NCBI RefSeq assembly: GCF_018350175.1
Contig: NC_058368.1
Coordinates: 174,346,001 to 174,410,000, forward strand
Source of the DNA: Felis catus
Taxonomy: Eukaryota
Direction: 5' to 3'
Length of the DNA stretch: 64,000 nt
The position numbers and the translations under genes are program-made. A model generated the notes under the pieces. It did no database searches. It was not told where the DNA came from and saw nothing but the letters and a program-made list of their open reading frames with translations. Shown in pieces: positions 50,756-64,000 of the stretch. The stretch's first letter is position 1. Every line of letters begins with the position of its first letter.

Positions 50756-53700
50756 TTTTTTTTTTTAAAGTTTGTTTATTTTGAGAGAAAGAACGTGAGC
50801 AGGCGAGGGGCAGACGGAGAGGGAGAGCGAGAATCCAAAGCAGGCTCCACGATATCAGTGCAGAGCCTGACACAGGGCTTGAACTCAGGAACCGTGAGAT
50901 CATGACTTGAGCCGAAATCGAGTCAGACGCTTAACCGACTGAGCCCCCCCCCCACCCCGCCAGTGGCCTCTTATTTCTTCTTTTTTCTTTCTTTCATGGC
51001 AAGTTATAGTTGTCAGTTTTAAATATATCTACACTTATTTAAAAACTGTGAGGGGGTTCATGGAAGGTTTTCGATAAATCATTATGGAATGAAAGAACAC
51101 ATAAATATGAAAAAACACAGAAAGAGCCCACTCTTTTCAATCAGGTGGAGTTAGGTGGGAAGCCCAGACCTGTCTCTTATTAGTATGTGATCTGAGGCAA
51201 ATTGACAAATATTACTGAGCTTTCAGTTTTTTATTTAAAATAAAGACAGTAAAACTTCCACCCGGGCTGGCCCATAGATGGCGCTAAAGACATCAGTTTC
51301 TTTCCTACATTGTTGCTTTAGTAGCTGTCATTCTTCTGGTGTGTGTTTCATTTTAGCCCACCTGAGCATGAACACGACCCACCGTTATTGTACTGCAGCA
51401 AATACAAAAGAACCTTTTTATACTGCTTTGACTCAGAAACATCATTGATTTGGCATTGGCTGTGCTTTGCAATAATTTGACCCAAGTGGATCTTAGTGAT
51501 CTATGGCTTTGCCAATGTGTCTCATATTCTCTAGTTACCCTGCTAACTCTGGCTTTAAAAAAGCAATGACATCTGGGGCGCCTGGGTGGCTCAGTCGGTG
51601 GAGCGTCAGACTTCGGCTCAGGTCGTGATCTTGCAGTTCAAGAGTTCGAGCCCCACATCGGGCTCTGTGCCAACAGCTCAGAGCCTGGAGCCTGCTTCGG
51701 ATTCTGTGTCTTCCTCTCTCTGCCCCTTCCCCATTCATGCTCTGTCTCTCTCTGTCTCTCAAAAATGAATAGACGTTAAAAATTTAAAAAAGAAAGAAAG
51801 AAAAAAAAAAGAAATGACATCTGGTAAAGAAAAATGCAGTTTAAAAACCTTCCAGGAATGATAGATGCCAATTTGAACAGTGTTCCCTATGATGGCCAGT
51901 GATTACGAAAGGCCTTGTGTGAATGAAGGTGTATTACACTGGCAAGACCCTGAGCTCAGGCATCACCAAAGAGACTTTTATAGATACTTGAGGCCCCTTG
52001 CATGGTTATTAAACAGAAAACTGAGTTAGATTCTTGTAAATATTTCCTTCCTCCAACCTTATCTAAATGTGTTTCCCCAAAGGCTGTATTGTTTAGGATT
52101 TCTTCCCCTGAGTAGAGCTGTGGGCAGCTATTTTTTTGTTCCTTTACCTTTAATTAGGACGGATTCCTCTGCAAGCCTGAAGATAAAATTCCTCTTGCTA
52201 GGATTAAATCCAACAGGGTGATGCCTAAAGAAATATAAGACCTAATAAAATAATACATTAGGGGGCGCCTGGGTGGCTCAGGCGGTTGAGCGTCCGACTT
52301 CGGCTCAGGTCACGATCTCGCGGTCCATGAGTTCGAGCCCCGCGTCGGGCTCTGGGCTGATGGCTCGGAGCCTGGAGCCTGCTTCCGATTCTGTGTCTCC
52401 CTCTCTCTGGCCCTCCCCCGCTCACGCTTTGTCTCACTCTCTCTCTCAGAAATAAAATAAACATTAAAAAAAAATAATACATTAGGAAGTAATAGATTTT
52501 TTAAGGGGCAAAGGGTGAATAATAGTTGCTGTGATATCTGGTAGCCTCAGGTAACAACATGGAGGGAACAATGAAAGGTTCTGCTTATCCCTGCCAATCC
52601 CAGTTCACAAGGTGGCTCTGACGATTAAAGCTATATATAACCCATGACTTAAAAACTGGTGTCCTAGGCATATGATTGGGAGGCTGGCTGTGGGAACCAA
52701 GTGAGAGATGTTGAGACCTGAATTAGAAGAGTATTTGCAGAAGTAGAGAAAAGGGGGCAGATGTCTCTGAATCCCAGAAGAACAGGCAGAGGTGTATGAC
52801 TTTGAACATCCAAAGTCATATATGAGATGAGAAAAGACAACAGGTTACGCATAGGTTTCTGTTGTGGTACCTGGGAGGGCAGAGGTGTCTCCGACCAAGA
52901 AAGGAGTCACAAGAAGAGCAGCAAATCTCGAAGGAAGATGACGAATTTAACAAAGGACACGGCTGTACGACCTGGCGGAGATGTTGAGTAGACGGTTTGC
53001 AACACAAGAGTTTCCGAGAGGTGGGCGGCCAAACACTGGGGCTACACGACGTATGGGCAGTACGGAAAGGAAACCTGTTCCCGAGGCCCCCAGGAGTCTG
53101 GATGCAAGGTTGTTGGCCATTCTCCCAGTCCTTTCAAAGTTCCCTATCTCTTCCAAACTGGAGCCACTGAGACATATGGGGGCTTCTGCGTCACGAACAC
53201 AAGACCTTTTGGGTATGCTTGAGACTCCCCCTCCCCATAAGCCTCTGAATGAAAACATATTGGCCTTAAAAATGCTTTTGGGTTTCCAAAGAAGGGGTGG
53301 GTGCTTTTTACATGTCTTCCGATCGTCCGACTTCATCTTTCATGTCTTCTCTTCTCTCCCCGACCATCACTTTCTCCAAGTCTTTGCACATATCGTTCCC
53401 TCGGCCAAACATACCTTTCCCTCCTTCTTCATCCCGATGATTCCTGCCTTTATTTTGCCATGAGATGGAGTGTTGTCTTCTCTGGGAAGTCTCCCTTGGG
53501 CCCAATCCAGCCTCCAAAAGCTGGGATGGGAGCTTCTACTCTTTGGAGAAGCAGTCAATCAGTTAAAAATCCCAGTGTCCAAAAGTGGGGATTTAGTGAA
53601 CGTTGGCTCCAAGGGTTCCAGGTGGAGGTGGCTGGGGCAAGTCAAAGGATCACTGGAAGCAGGTGGGTACGCTAGATTGTTCACGGAATCTACTGAATGT

Positions 53701-53951
53701 GATTGTTGGAGGGAATGACAGCTTTATTTTTTTTTTTTTTTAACGTTTATTTATTTTTGAGACAGAGAGAGACAGAGCATAAACGGGGGAGGGTCAGAGA
53801 GAGGGAGACACAGAATCCGAAACAGGCTCCAGGCTCTGAGCCATCAGCACAGAGCCCGACGTGGGGCTCGAACTCACAGCCTTCACGGACCTTGAGATCA
53901 TGACCTGAGCTGAAGTCGGCCGCTTAACCAACTGAGCCACCCAGGCGCCCC
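50756..53951. mobile_element. Can-SINEs: minus 50756-50948, plus 51575-51810, plus 52261-52475, minus 53727-53951
   Basis: SINE motifs; TSDs aatgacatctgg, aaaataatacatta and gggaatgacagcttta for the last three. Confidence 0.9.
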
Positions 53952-55826
53952 GGGGAATGACAGCTTTAAATGAAGTAAGTCAGTGGGAAGACCCACCACT
54001 ATAGAGAATATACAGGCTCTTCTGTTAATTAGGAAGATTCAGGCACTTCCTGTATCCACTATTTCTCCTTGTGGGCCAGGCAAGTAACACTGGTGTCTCT
54101 CATTGATTTGAATCCAAATAAAACACAGAATGCGAGTTTTGTTGGTTTTTTGCTCTTTTGTTTCTCGCATCAGATAGAGCTCCCTGTTGTAAGTCACAGA
54201 AATGCACTATGGCTGACCTCAATGAAAACAAATTCCCTGGAAAGTCAGCACTGGACAGAGGGCAAGGTGGCAGAACAAACTTGGGAGTGGATGGGGAACA
54301 AAGGGTTCTCCGGGGGCAAGAGTTACACAAAGTCTCACAGCAGACGGTCAGGGTGATCCCGATGGGATGGGTGACTGCCAAATGCTTGCAGCCTCTCTGT
54401 TGTCCTGCTTGCGAGTCAAGTCTCAGGGAGGAAGCATCCTCAGGTCATTGCCCACCCTTTCTGCTACAGAGGGTCAAGCGACCTTATCACACCAGCAGAA
54501 CGTGATCAGTAGAGAACAGGAAACTCCCTGCTACAAATCTCGATGCTTCTACCGGAAGAAGGGGGACCGGTTGCTGAGCTGCCAAAACCCAACAAATGAC
54601 ATTTGGCCAACAGCATGTACTAAGACAGAATGGAAGGTGAGGTGACATTTCCTGATCTCCGCCTGCCTACCTACCTGGCATTTTTTGGCCGGGATCCCAT
54701 TTAATCTCAACAACCTTGTACGGCAAATAGTAGTGTTTGCATTTTCGGGGCGGGGTGAGCAAAGGAGGTCAGAAAGGTGAAGGCACTTAGACTAAGTTCC
54801 CACAGCTAGATTCGAATGGAGCCAAGATTCAGGGCCAGGCCTGTCTGACTCCTTGTCCCTTCTCCTGCAGTCCACGCTGTTTTCTTGCAGAGTTGGGACA
54901 CCTGAAGCTGGGGGGTAACACTGACTGTGATTACGTCCTGAGGAGGGGACATAATGTAACCAATGGCAGAGGTAGGCTGGGAGACGGGCCTCAGCTCACA
55001 AAGTCTGTTCTGAAGGATTCTCTGGGCCTTTCCGATCATACATTGTCTCACGGACCCAACAGACAAATCATCAGCTTTTGTTCTCCACAGAGCATCGATT
55101 TACTGCCTTAAGAGCCTGCTGAGGCATTTTCTCTGCAAAGCGTCTCCCCTGGGCTTCGTGTTTTCTGTAAATGGCCTGAAGAAGTATCTTTAAGGTGACT
55201 TAAATAGATTCTATATTTACATAGTATAAACAATTTTCTCAAATTAGGCTGTCTTTCATCTTAACTTAGTTTATGATTTTGCCAGCAAGAGCATTAATTT
55301 TTTTTTTTCAACGAAACTGAGACTCCTAGCAAGGCTATATTGTGTTGTGTGAAATGTATCTATCATTTATCACAGAAGTATAAACTCTGAGGATAAGAAT
55401 GTTTGTTTTGCTTGCTTCTGTATTCCCAGCACCTAGAGAAGTGCTTAGCCAATAATAGACACTCAATAAACATTTATGGAATGTGTGACGGCATTTGTAA
55501 ACATTCCGTCTTTTCTCAGAGAGTTGGCTCTGTCCACAGCCCCAGAAGACCATGCTTGGCCAAACTGATTCCTTGTATCCCTCAAGACTGAGGGATTTAG
55601 GCAAGGGGAAGGGAAAATTCTGTAGCTACAATAACAAGTGAGCCAGGGCTAGATTTGGTGCTTGTGGCAGCCCAGAGCAGTGGGTCAGTAGCAGTCTTAG
55701 GGTGCAAAAAAACACAGGAAAAAAAAAATCAGTATTGTTTAACAAGTCTCCACTGCCAATCCCAGTTTCCCTTGCCGATTCCTTTGCTTTTTTAGATTTG
55801 AAATCTAAAATGTCAACACTTCTATT

Positions 55827-55938
55827 CTTTTGGGATGAGCACTGGGTGTTGTATGGAAACCAATGGGACAATAAATTTCATATATTAAAAAAAAATAAAA
55901 ATGAATGCACTTTTGCTAAAAATAAAAAAAAAATAAGA
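55827..55938 (+). mobile_element. Extremely truncated felid L1 3' end with double A-tail
   Basis: cttttgggatgagcactgggtgttgtatggaaacc..aataaatttcatatatt matches the L1 terminus near 26200-26260; 21-bp TSD with one mismatch at 55806-55826 and 55939-55959. Confidence 0.85.
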
Positions 55939-55959
55939 TAAAATGTCAACACCTCTATT

Positions 55960-58660
55960 TCCAAACAAGATGGCATAACCGGGCCTGGATCGATCCCGCC
56001 CACTGAAGCAGCCAATAAAATGGGCAGAATCTACAAAACGAAACAATGGTTTTCAAGACAGCAGACAGCAGGCGACAAAGGACAGGGACCCCAGAGAGAC
56101 CAGAAGCAAATAAGGTCAGCCCGACAACCACCCTTGCTTACTGACTCGGGATTTCCGGGCCATGGCGCGGGGCGGGGGTGGGGGGACACAGGTGGAGTCT
56201 GGTGGACTCCTTGAGTTGAAGAGACAGAATTGCAAGTCCAGGAACACCAAGGCATCTAGAGGATCTAGAGGTCGTAGAACAGAGTACTGGAGAGGAGAGA
56301 CCTGCAGAGAAAGAGACAGAGAGAGAGAGAGAACTCCAGATTCCTTCAGAGTCCTTTTGAGCATTCGGCAGAGAACCCATCAGTGCATGACATGAAGAAA
56401 TGGGAGTGTGATGATTATAAGGGACAGTATCTGGAACTCATACAGGGCCAGGAACAGTACTTGTTCCCACCAACCAGACTGGAAAATCTCAAAATTCGCA
56501 AGGCGTTTGGTAGAGTTCACAAAAGAATCTGGCCTCAGTCATGGCAAAGAATTAGCCCTGGACTAAATTCTGCTCTGGTTCTATCTAAAAAGTCTTAAAA
56601 GCAATACCTGAAAGGATCAAACTGTTCTTAAGTATAAATGGGTTCTGGAGCAAAGCTCAAGGATATTTGTAGGAGTATTAAAAGACCTAGCTAGCACCCA
56701 GACCAGATAACATTCACAATATGTAGCATCCAATCAAAAATTGCCAAGCGTCAAAAGAATCAGAAAATTACAACCCATAATGAGGGGAGAAAGCAATCAA
56801 TTGAACTGACAAGTTGGAATTAGCAAACAGGGACGCGAAAATAATTAGAGCTGTATTTCATAGAGTCAGAAAGTTAAGTGGGGGCATGCGAAATGTAAAA
56901 AAGACACAAAAGGAACTAATAGAAATGAAAACTACAAAATGTGAATGAAAAATACTCTAGATGAGATTAACAGTTTAGACGTCAAAGGAAAAAAATATAG
57001 CGAACTTAAAGATACGGCAATAGAAACTATCCAAAATGAAACACTAAGGGAAATGAGTAAATAAAAGAGATTAGCATCAGTGAGTTGTACGTCAACCTCA
57101 TATATATGTCCAATATATACGTAATTGAAGAACCCGAAAAAGAGAGAAAAAAAAAAGGGAGGGGGGAAGACAGAAAAAAAATATTTGAAGAACTAATAGC
57201 CCCCAAATTTCCAAATGACACGAGAACTATAAGGGGAACAAAAACATCTCTCAAAAACGAAGGGGAAATGAAGACTTTTCAGAGATACAAAGGCTGAAAA
57301 CGGCACTCACCAGCAGACCTGCACGTCCACAACGTTTGGAGGTCATCGTGCAAGTGGGAAAGATGATACCAGAGGAAAGGAGGAGTCTACGCGAAAGAAT
57401 ATGAAGAACATCAGAAATGCTACACAGGTATTTTCTCCCTACTACTTAAATCCCTTAATGACATAATTGGCTGGTTAAAGAAAAATGATGGTGTATTGCG
57501 GGGTTTCTATCATGTGTAGAAGTAAAATGTATGCTAATGGGGGCTCCTGGGTGGCTCAGTCGGTTGAGCGTCCCACTTCAGCTCGGGTCATGATCTCATA
57601 GTCCGTGAGTTCGAGCCCCGCGTCGGGCTCTGTGCTGACAGCTCAGAGCCTGGAGGCTGTTTCGGATTCTGTGTCTCCCTCTCTCTGCCCCTTCCCTGCT
57701 CATGCTCTGTCTCTGTCTCTCAAAAAAGAATAAACATCAAAAAAAAATTTCTAATGTATGCCAATGGCATAAAGACTGCCGGGGAGACATGGAAGAATAT
57801 TACTTTAGGAGTCTTAACTGTACATGAAATGACATTGTTATCACTTGAAGACAGGCTTTAGACAGGATACATGATGTAAGATATAGCTATGTACCCTCTA
57901 TGGATACAAAATATGTATCATATATATTCATATACACCAGTGCCTTATATAGATACATAATATGTATCATGTAAATTGCATCATAAAACTCTTACCATAT
58001 ATATGATGTCAACTCTAAAGCAACGGTGAAAATAACAAAGAATGGGAGAGCATAAGGCAATGCAGGAGATAAAATAGAATCTTAAAAACTATTCAGTTAA
58101 GCTTAAAACAATTTTTTTAATGTTTATTTATTTTTGAGACAGAGAGAGACAGAGCATGAATGGGGGAGGGTCAGAGAGAGAGGGAGACCCAGAATCCGAA
58201 GCAGGCTCCAGGCTCCGAGCTGTCAGCGCAGAGCCCAACCTGGGGCTCAAACTCACGAACTGTGAGATCATGACCCTAGCTGAAGCCCAGAGTCGGATGC
58301 TTAAGTGACTGAACCACCCAGGTTCCCCTCTAACATAATTCTTTTCTTTTTTTTTTTTTTAAGTTAGTTTAGTGTTTATTTATTTTAGAGAGAGAAGGAC
58401 AGAATGCAAGCAGGGGAGGGGCAGAGAGAGAGGGAGACAGAATCCGAAGCAGGTTCCAAGCTGTCAGCACAGAGCCCCACGCGGGGCTCGAACTCATGGA
58501 CCGTGAGATCATGACCTGAGCCGAAGTCGGACGCTTAACCGACTGAGCCACCCAGGTGCCCCAGTTAAGCTTTAAGAAGGCAGAAAAAGAAGAGGAAAAA
58601 GGGGACCATGAACATAATGCAGCAACAGCACAAAATAGCGTGCTGAACTGCATCTCAACC
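55960..58660 (+). mobile_element. Ancient L1M 5'/ORF1-type remnants interrupted by SINEs
   Basis: A-rich degenerate L1 ORF1-like text (gaaatgaaaactaca..ctagatgagattaacag..gcaatagaaactatccaaaatgaa; atatttgaagaactaatagc). Confidence 0.6.
57539..58562. mobile_element. Can-SINEs: plus 57539-57748, minus 58112-58329, minus 58345-58562
   Basis: SINE motifs. Confidence 0.9.
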
Positions 58661-61659
58661 ATTACACAAAGTAGTATGTGTTGATTTAAAAATTTTTAAT
58701 AATGTCGATTTTTGAATTCCGCAATAACTACAGGAGAAGAAAATTTGACATGGGATTAGAAGTTTCAGAGATGCTGTATTTCTGGTCGAAAACAAGCATT
58801 CTAGTTACTTAGTCAAGGGCAGCCAAGCTTTATTATACTTTTTTCATTGACATTATAAACAATCATTTTTGGTACAAAACCAGCTTTAGTAATCCTAAAG
58901 CCTCCCAAATATATCATTTGTTATACCTGACAGTTCAGTTGTTTCATTTATTCTTTTATGAGCTTAAGACACCCCCGTGATAACGTGCCCTTTGTATTGA
59001 TTTACTTTTACAAACTCTAAATAAAAATTTGTTTAAAAGCATCATTTTAACTTCCTCCTTCCTGCAGTGCGTAAATCGCAGCAGAGCTTAAAAGACATGC
59101 CAATTTGGGAAATAAAGGTGCTTTTGTGTTTGGGTTTACATTCTCAGCATGATCTAGTTGCTAATACCTGCTTGCATTTATATTCCTGTTCTTGATGTTT
59201 GTGGGGGAGATTTTTATAGAACAAAACGGAAGCCTTTGTTTCACCTTGGCTTCAAGAGAGAAAAAATGGAAGAAAGTCCAAATCTCTAGCCAAACTGTAA
59301 GTTGCTCTGAAATTCACCCTCTGCAAAGTGCAAGAAAAAACCATGAGATTTAAGCTACATCTTACTCCTTCCTGTTCCCTCGGCAATCGTATTCAAAAAT
59401 CAGTGAACTAAGTCTGCTAGAAGGAGAGCTCAGGTATTTTGTCTTGGAATCCTAAGAAATGGTTCAACCCTCTTGTTTTCCTGATGACAAGAAGTAAAAT
59501 CACCCCCTTGGGTATTCCTTCCTTCTGTAGCTGAGTTCCTGAGTTTTTTTTTGTGTGTATTGTGGGTAAGGAGGCGATTTGATGGTCTGACACTGAAAAC
59601 GGCAGACATTGACTTGTAGACGAGAAATACCTCTCAACCACCCCAGCAGTATTGTAGGTTGATTTGATCACCTAGACCTGTTGGGTGAATGCACTGAGAG
59701 AAAATGACAAAGGTCAGCGTGGGCTAGTTTGGAAAGAACTTAAGGGATTTTTCAAGCAAAGAAAGAGAGATTTTTGTTTTTCTTTTTCTGGAGCAGCTGC
59801 CTAGCTGGGGAGAAGCGAGGGCAGGAAGGAGTATGTTATGAATGTCATTTGTTTCGAACAAGCTTTTGGGTGGTAGGTAGATTTCATATCAAATATTCCA
59901 TATCAAATACCATGGAACTGGTATTTCATTAAATGTGATGCCACCTGAAACCTGTCACCACCGGGCTTTATTTAGATGAGACCCCCCCCCCCCCCCGGTG
60001 TTTCCTTGTGGTTATTGTCCTTATTTTAATTTTAAAAAGCAGTGGGCCTTGCTGGGGCTATAGGCTCGGGAGGACTTGGGCATCGGAGGCACTTCTCAAG
60101 GGCTGTCACTAGACAGAAATTTCCCCCCTCAGATTGGCCTTATCCTGACCTGTCACCTCTATCTTGGTAGTATGTTCTTTTTGGGGGGTCTTCCCATACG
60201 GAAAATGCCAGGGATGCTCTCCCTCCCCTAGTCCAATCCCATCTACCCCTTATCATAAGAAAAAGACCCCATTCTTTCCAATGTTCCAGGGCTCATGCTG
60301 AATTTCTCCTACTCATGTATTTCCAGGTAGAAAGTATTGGAAACATTTCAGGATGGGGTGGTTGGAATGCGAGAGTTAAATGTTGAAGCTCACATGACCA
60401 TCTTGAATCAGAAGCCTATCCTGTAATTTGGACTTAGTAGTAAAAGGAAAAGGAAGAGGAAATGAAGTCAACAAGGGACTTGGGGGAATGACTGCTTTAA
60501 GGAAAACGATCTGGAAGAATTATGCTAAGCATGGCTTAAGTCTCTACAAGAATGTGGTTTTGGGGGTGTGTATGTGGCTAAATTGTCTGCGACCTGGGCT
60601 CGCGGCTCATGGTGTCCCAGTGTGCGTGTGCGACAGCGAGGCTGAGGGTGGGAGCACAGAGGTGGGGGCGGAAACACCCCCAAGGTCTGTATCAGAAATA
60701 CAGTCCTTTCACTTAAAGCCAAGGTGCAGGTTGTACTGATTACTTGAATGGAATTATTAGGTTCTGGATTTTTGCAGAGAAAATTGCAGCTTCCGATGTG
60801 GTGCTGGGTTCTCACAGTGGAGCTAAGGCTGTTGGTTTTCTAATGAGCCCTCAGGGATTTCTGCCCTGGAGGACTGAGCAGCAACGAGGCTCAGGACCAA
60901 GCCCTCTGTAAATATCATCTCATTTAATACTTAGAACCATCCTGCTCTGTCATCACCGTTTTAAAGAGGAAGAGTCCAAGCTTGGGGAAAAAAGAGAGCA
61001 CACACAGCCAGCAGTGGCAGGGTAAGGGCAGGAGGCCAGACAGTCTGGCATGCAAACCCCCTGCACAGGAAGGCATGACGACAGCGCCATTTATGTACGA
61101 TTAGCTCGAAGTCTGACCGTGAGGCATAGTCCAGGGCAGCTGGGAAGAAGCTGGGGAGATCCTTCTCCGCTAGGCCCTCTTGCCTCCATCCTGTGCCCTA
61201 TTTTAGACCTGTGGGTAATTACTTATTTAGCTTGTTGGCTCCGGCACTCGACCCGGAGCTCCCCGGTATACCGGCTGTGACGCATAAGTGAAAAGAACAC
61301 GCAGGCGGGAGTCAGGCAGCCAGCACCTTCCCTAGCCCTGTGACTTTGAACACCTTTCTGAACCCCATTTTCCATTTGCGCAAAGTGGAGGTGAGCGGGC
61401 CTATGAGGAGGGATTGTTTTAAGGTGTGAACAACAGAAGGCGGGCGCCCGGGACACAGAGGCTGCTCAGCCAATGCCAGTTCTCTCTGGTCTCCTTGAGA
61501 ATAAGGCTTGCATCTTGCTAACCCTGTCTATCGCCCCTGCTCTTGGCACCTAATGAGTGCTCAGGAGAATATATCCATTCAGTGAATGCAGCTCCAGCAA
61601 AAGGAATTTTTCACCCTTATGAATTTTTAGGGGTGTCTCAAGCCCAATGAACCCTGAGT

Positions 61660-63000
61660 GAGGGATATTGCGCATCCCCTTTTCCAGATTCCGGCAGTGC
61701 TGGTCGAGGAAGTGCGCATCCCGCGCGAATCCGGGAGGGAGCCGGGCGGGTGAGGTCTGTACCTGCGAGGGCGCAGCCGGGCCTTGGGTTGCCGCCGCCG
61801 CCGCCGGCAGAGGGCGCCCCGGGCCCGCTGAGCTCGTGGCGCTGGGGCTGGGGCGCTCGCCCGGCGCGGGGCGCAGGCTGCAGTCCGGCGTTGACCGCAG
61901 CCCGCGACGCGCCCGCCGCCCGGGCGGAGCTTGAAGTGAGCGCCCTCGGGGCGCAGCGGCGCGCGCCTTGGAGGCGCGCCGCTGCGCGGAACCCTCTCGG
62001 AACGGTGAGTGCAGGCGCCGGCGGGGCACCCCTCACCCTAGTTGGGGGACACTTGGAGACGCAGGTCGGACGGACGCGGGCTGTTGCAGGGCTTGGTATG
62101 CGTGGGAGAGCGGGCAGGGTCCCTCCTTGCGTCGGTCTTTGGGAAGGGCTTGGGGTCGTGCCCGGTGGGTGTCCGGCCGAGCTGCGCTTTTTGGAGACTC
62201 GGGCTTACTTGGGGTTCTAACACAGGGATCTCTCTCGCGGGCCCTGTCGCATGCTGTTCGGGGGTCCGAGGGTCCGGGGGTTGGCGGGTAACCCAGGGCG
62301 TGCGAGCGCTCACCTGGGCGTTCCCCACCCCGTTTCGCCCGCGACATCACCCAGGGAACCACGTGCAGGCTGTCGCCCGCAACTCTGCCTGTCAAGCGAA
62401 GCCCGCCCCCAGGGCAGGGGAGGGGACGCGGGGGCGGGGTGGGCTGTGCCCCGCGGGAACCCGGCTGGCCCGTGCGCCCTCCGGTGCCAGCTCGGCTCTC
62501 TTCGCCTGGTGTTCCCACGGGCTCCCGGGAGGTAGCGGACAGTGCGGTGGAGAGGCGCAGAGCCCTGCCCCGAGGGGCCGGAGGCCACCCAAGGGGCGCC
62601 CGGGCGCTCGGCCCCGGGGGAAAGGCAGCGAGGAAGAGAAGCTGCCCAAGTGACTAGTCTTGGAGGTGCCCTCTCTCGAGGAGGAGCTGAACGCCCGGGA
62701 GCCCTTTTCCCGGGTGTCATTGGCTTGAACAATCTCTGGCCGCTGGAGAGGTAGGGCAGCGCCGGCTCTGGGGGACCTGGCCCGGGATCATTTTCCGAAC
62801 CTGCCCCGCGATTTTTGCGCATCAGGAGCCAGACCCCGGCTGCGCGCGCCGGGCAGGACTCCGGCGCGCCTCCTGGGCGTTGTGGTGCTGCGGCGCCTAG
62901 CGAAGCCCGCTTTCGGAGCTCCGGGGGCTTTTGAGAGACACAACCTCGAGGCAAGGTAGGTGGCTCGCCCGGCGTTGAACTGGGGTTGATGTGGGTAAGG
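61660..63000 (+). promoter_or_regulatory. DRD1: DRD1 CpG island / TATA-less promoter and exon 1
   Basis: CpG-dense; GC-box/G-run cluster gcccgcccccagggcaggggaggggacgcgggggcggggtggg at 62401-62443 upstream of the leader intron. Confidence 0.85.
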
Positions 63001-63055
63001 CTGCGATCTGCTCAAGGCTTGGCGAACGACCTTTGCCTTCTTTTTTGCTTTCTAG
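62956..63055 (+). other. DRD1: DRD1 small 5'UTR intron (100 nt)
   Basis: AAG|GTAGGT donor and ctttgccttcttttttgctttctag|G acceptor; mammalian DRD1 is known to have a short intron in its leader. Confidence 0.85.
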
Positions 63056-63511
63056 GGCGTATGGAGGGCTGCTGTGGAGCCAGGGACTTGGAGGAGTGAG
63101 GCGTGTATTTTCAGCTACACCTCAGAGAGGGGAGAATTCTGTCACCACCAGAGAGACAACCGCCCCCAAATGTGACCACGATTGACTAGATCCGCAGAGG
63201 CCTGGGAATCTCCGGATTGATAGCCTAGAATATGCTAAAAAGCCAGTGCTTTCCACTGGGAACTGAAGGGTCAGCTGGTGAATGCAACAGTGACCTGGAG
63301 CAAGGGAGTCAGAAGACAGTTCTAGAGAGCAGGGAGGACCTTCCAAGGGGCCGACTCGGGTGGCCAAGGGTAGGCTCCTAACCCGCGATTGTTGCAGCCC
63401 TCTGATGGGATGCTGGTGAGGTCCTGCGGCCCCGGGAGCCGGTGGGGCTGTGCGAGGGGCCGCCCAGTGGGTGAGAACTGCAGGTTTGACTGACCTCTCA
63501 TCCCTGCTTAG

Positions 63512-64000
<489 letters not shown>

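Overview
Mammalian genomic DNA, almost certainly a cat (Felidae), judged from dense SINEC_Fc-type Can-SINEs and felid-type L1 3' ends. It holds two divergently oriented genes. SFXN1 (sideroflexin-1, mitochondrial serine carrier) is on the minus strand, with a CpG-island non-coding exon 1 near 36.8 kb and coding exons 2-10 from 23709 down to 3387. These join with GT-AG boundaries into 872 nt of open frame; the last exon lies off the left edge. DRD1 (dopamine D1 receptor) is on the plus strand, with a CpG-island promoter at about 61.7-63 kb, a 100-nt 5'UTR intron and a CDS starting at 63557 that runs off the right edge. The rest is intron and intergenic DNA full of SINEs, L1, MaLR/ERV LTRs, DNA-transposon relics and microsatellites. 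I found no convincing new biological system. The best leads are: (1) a degraded intronless NFYB retrocopy antisense in SFXN1 intron 1; (2) a uORF-rich DRD1 leader with a textbook 3' splice site 45 nt before the ATG, which could remove the uORFs or give an N-terminally extended receptor; (3) a strong upstream donor suggesting an alternative DRD1 first exon; (4) a MIR-derived CTCF-like motif between the two promoters; (5) a tiny L1 insertion with an apparent 16-nt 3' transduction; (6) an internally duplicated ~870-bp pyrimidine tract inside an MLT2 LTR. Homology calls come from remembered sequences, not from searches, and repeat boundaries are approximate.
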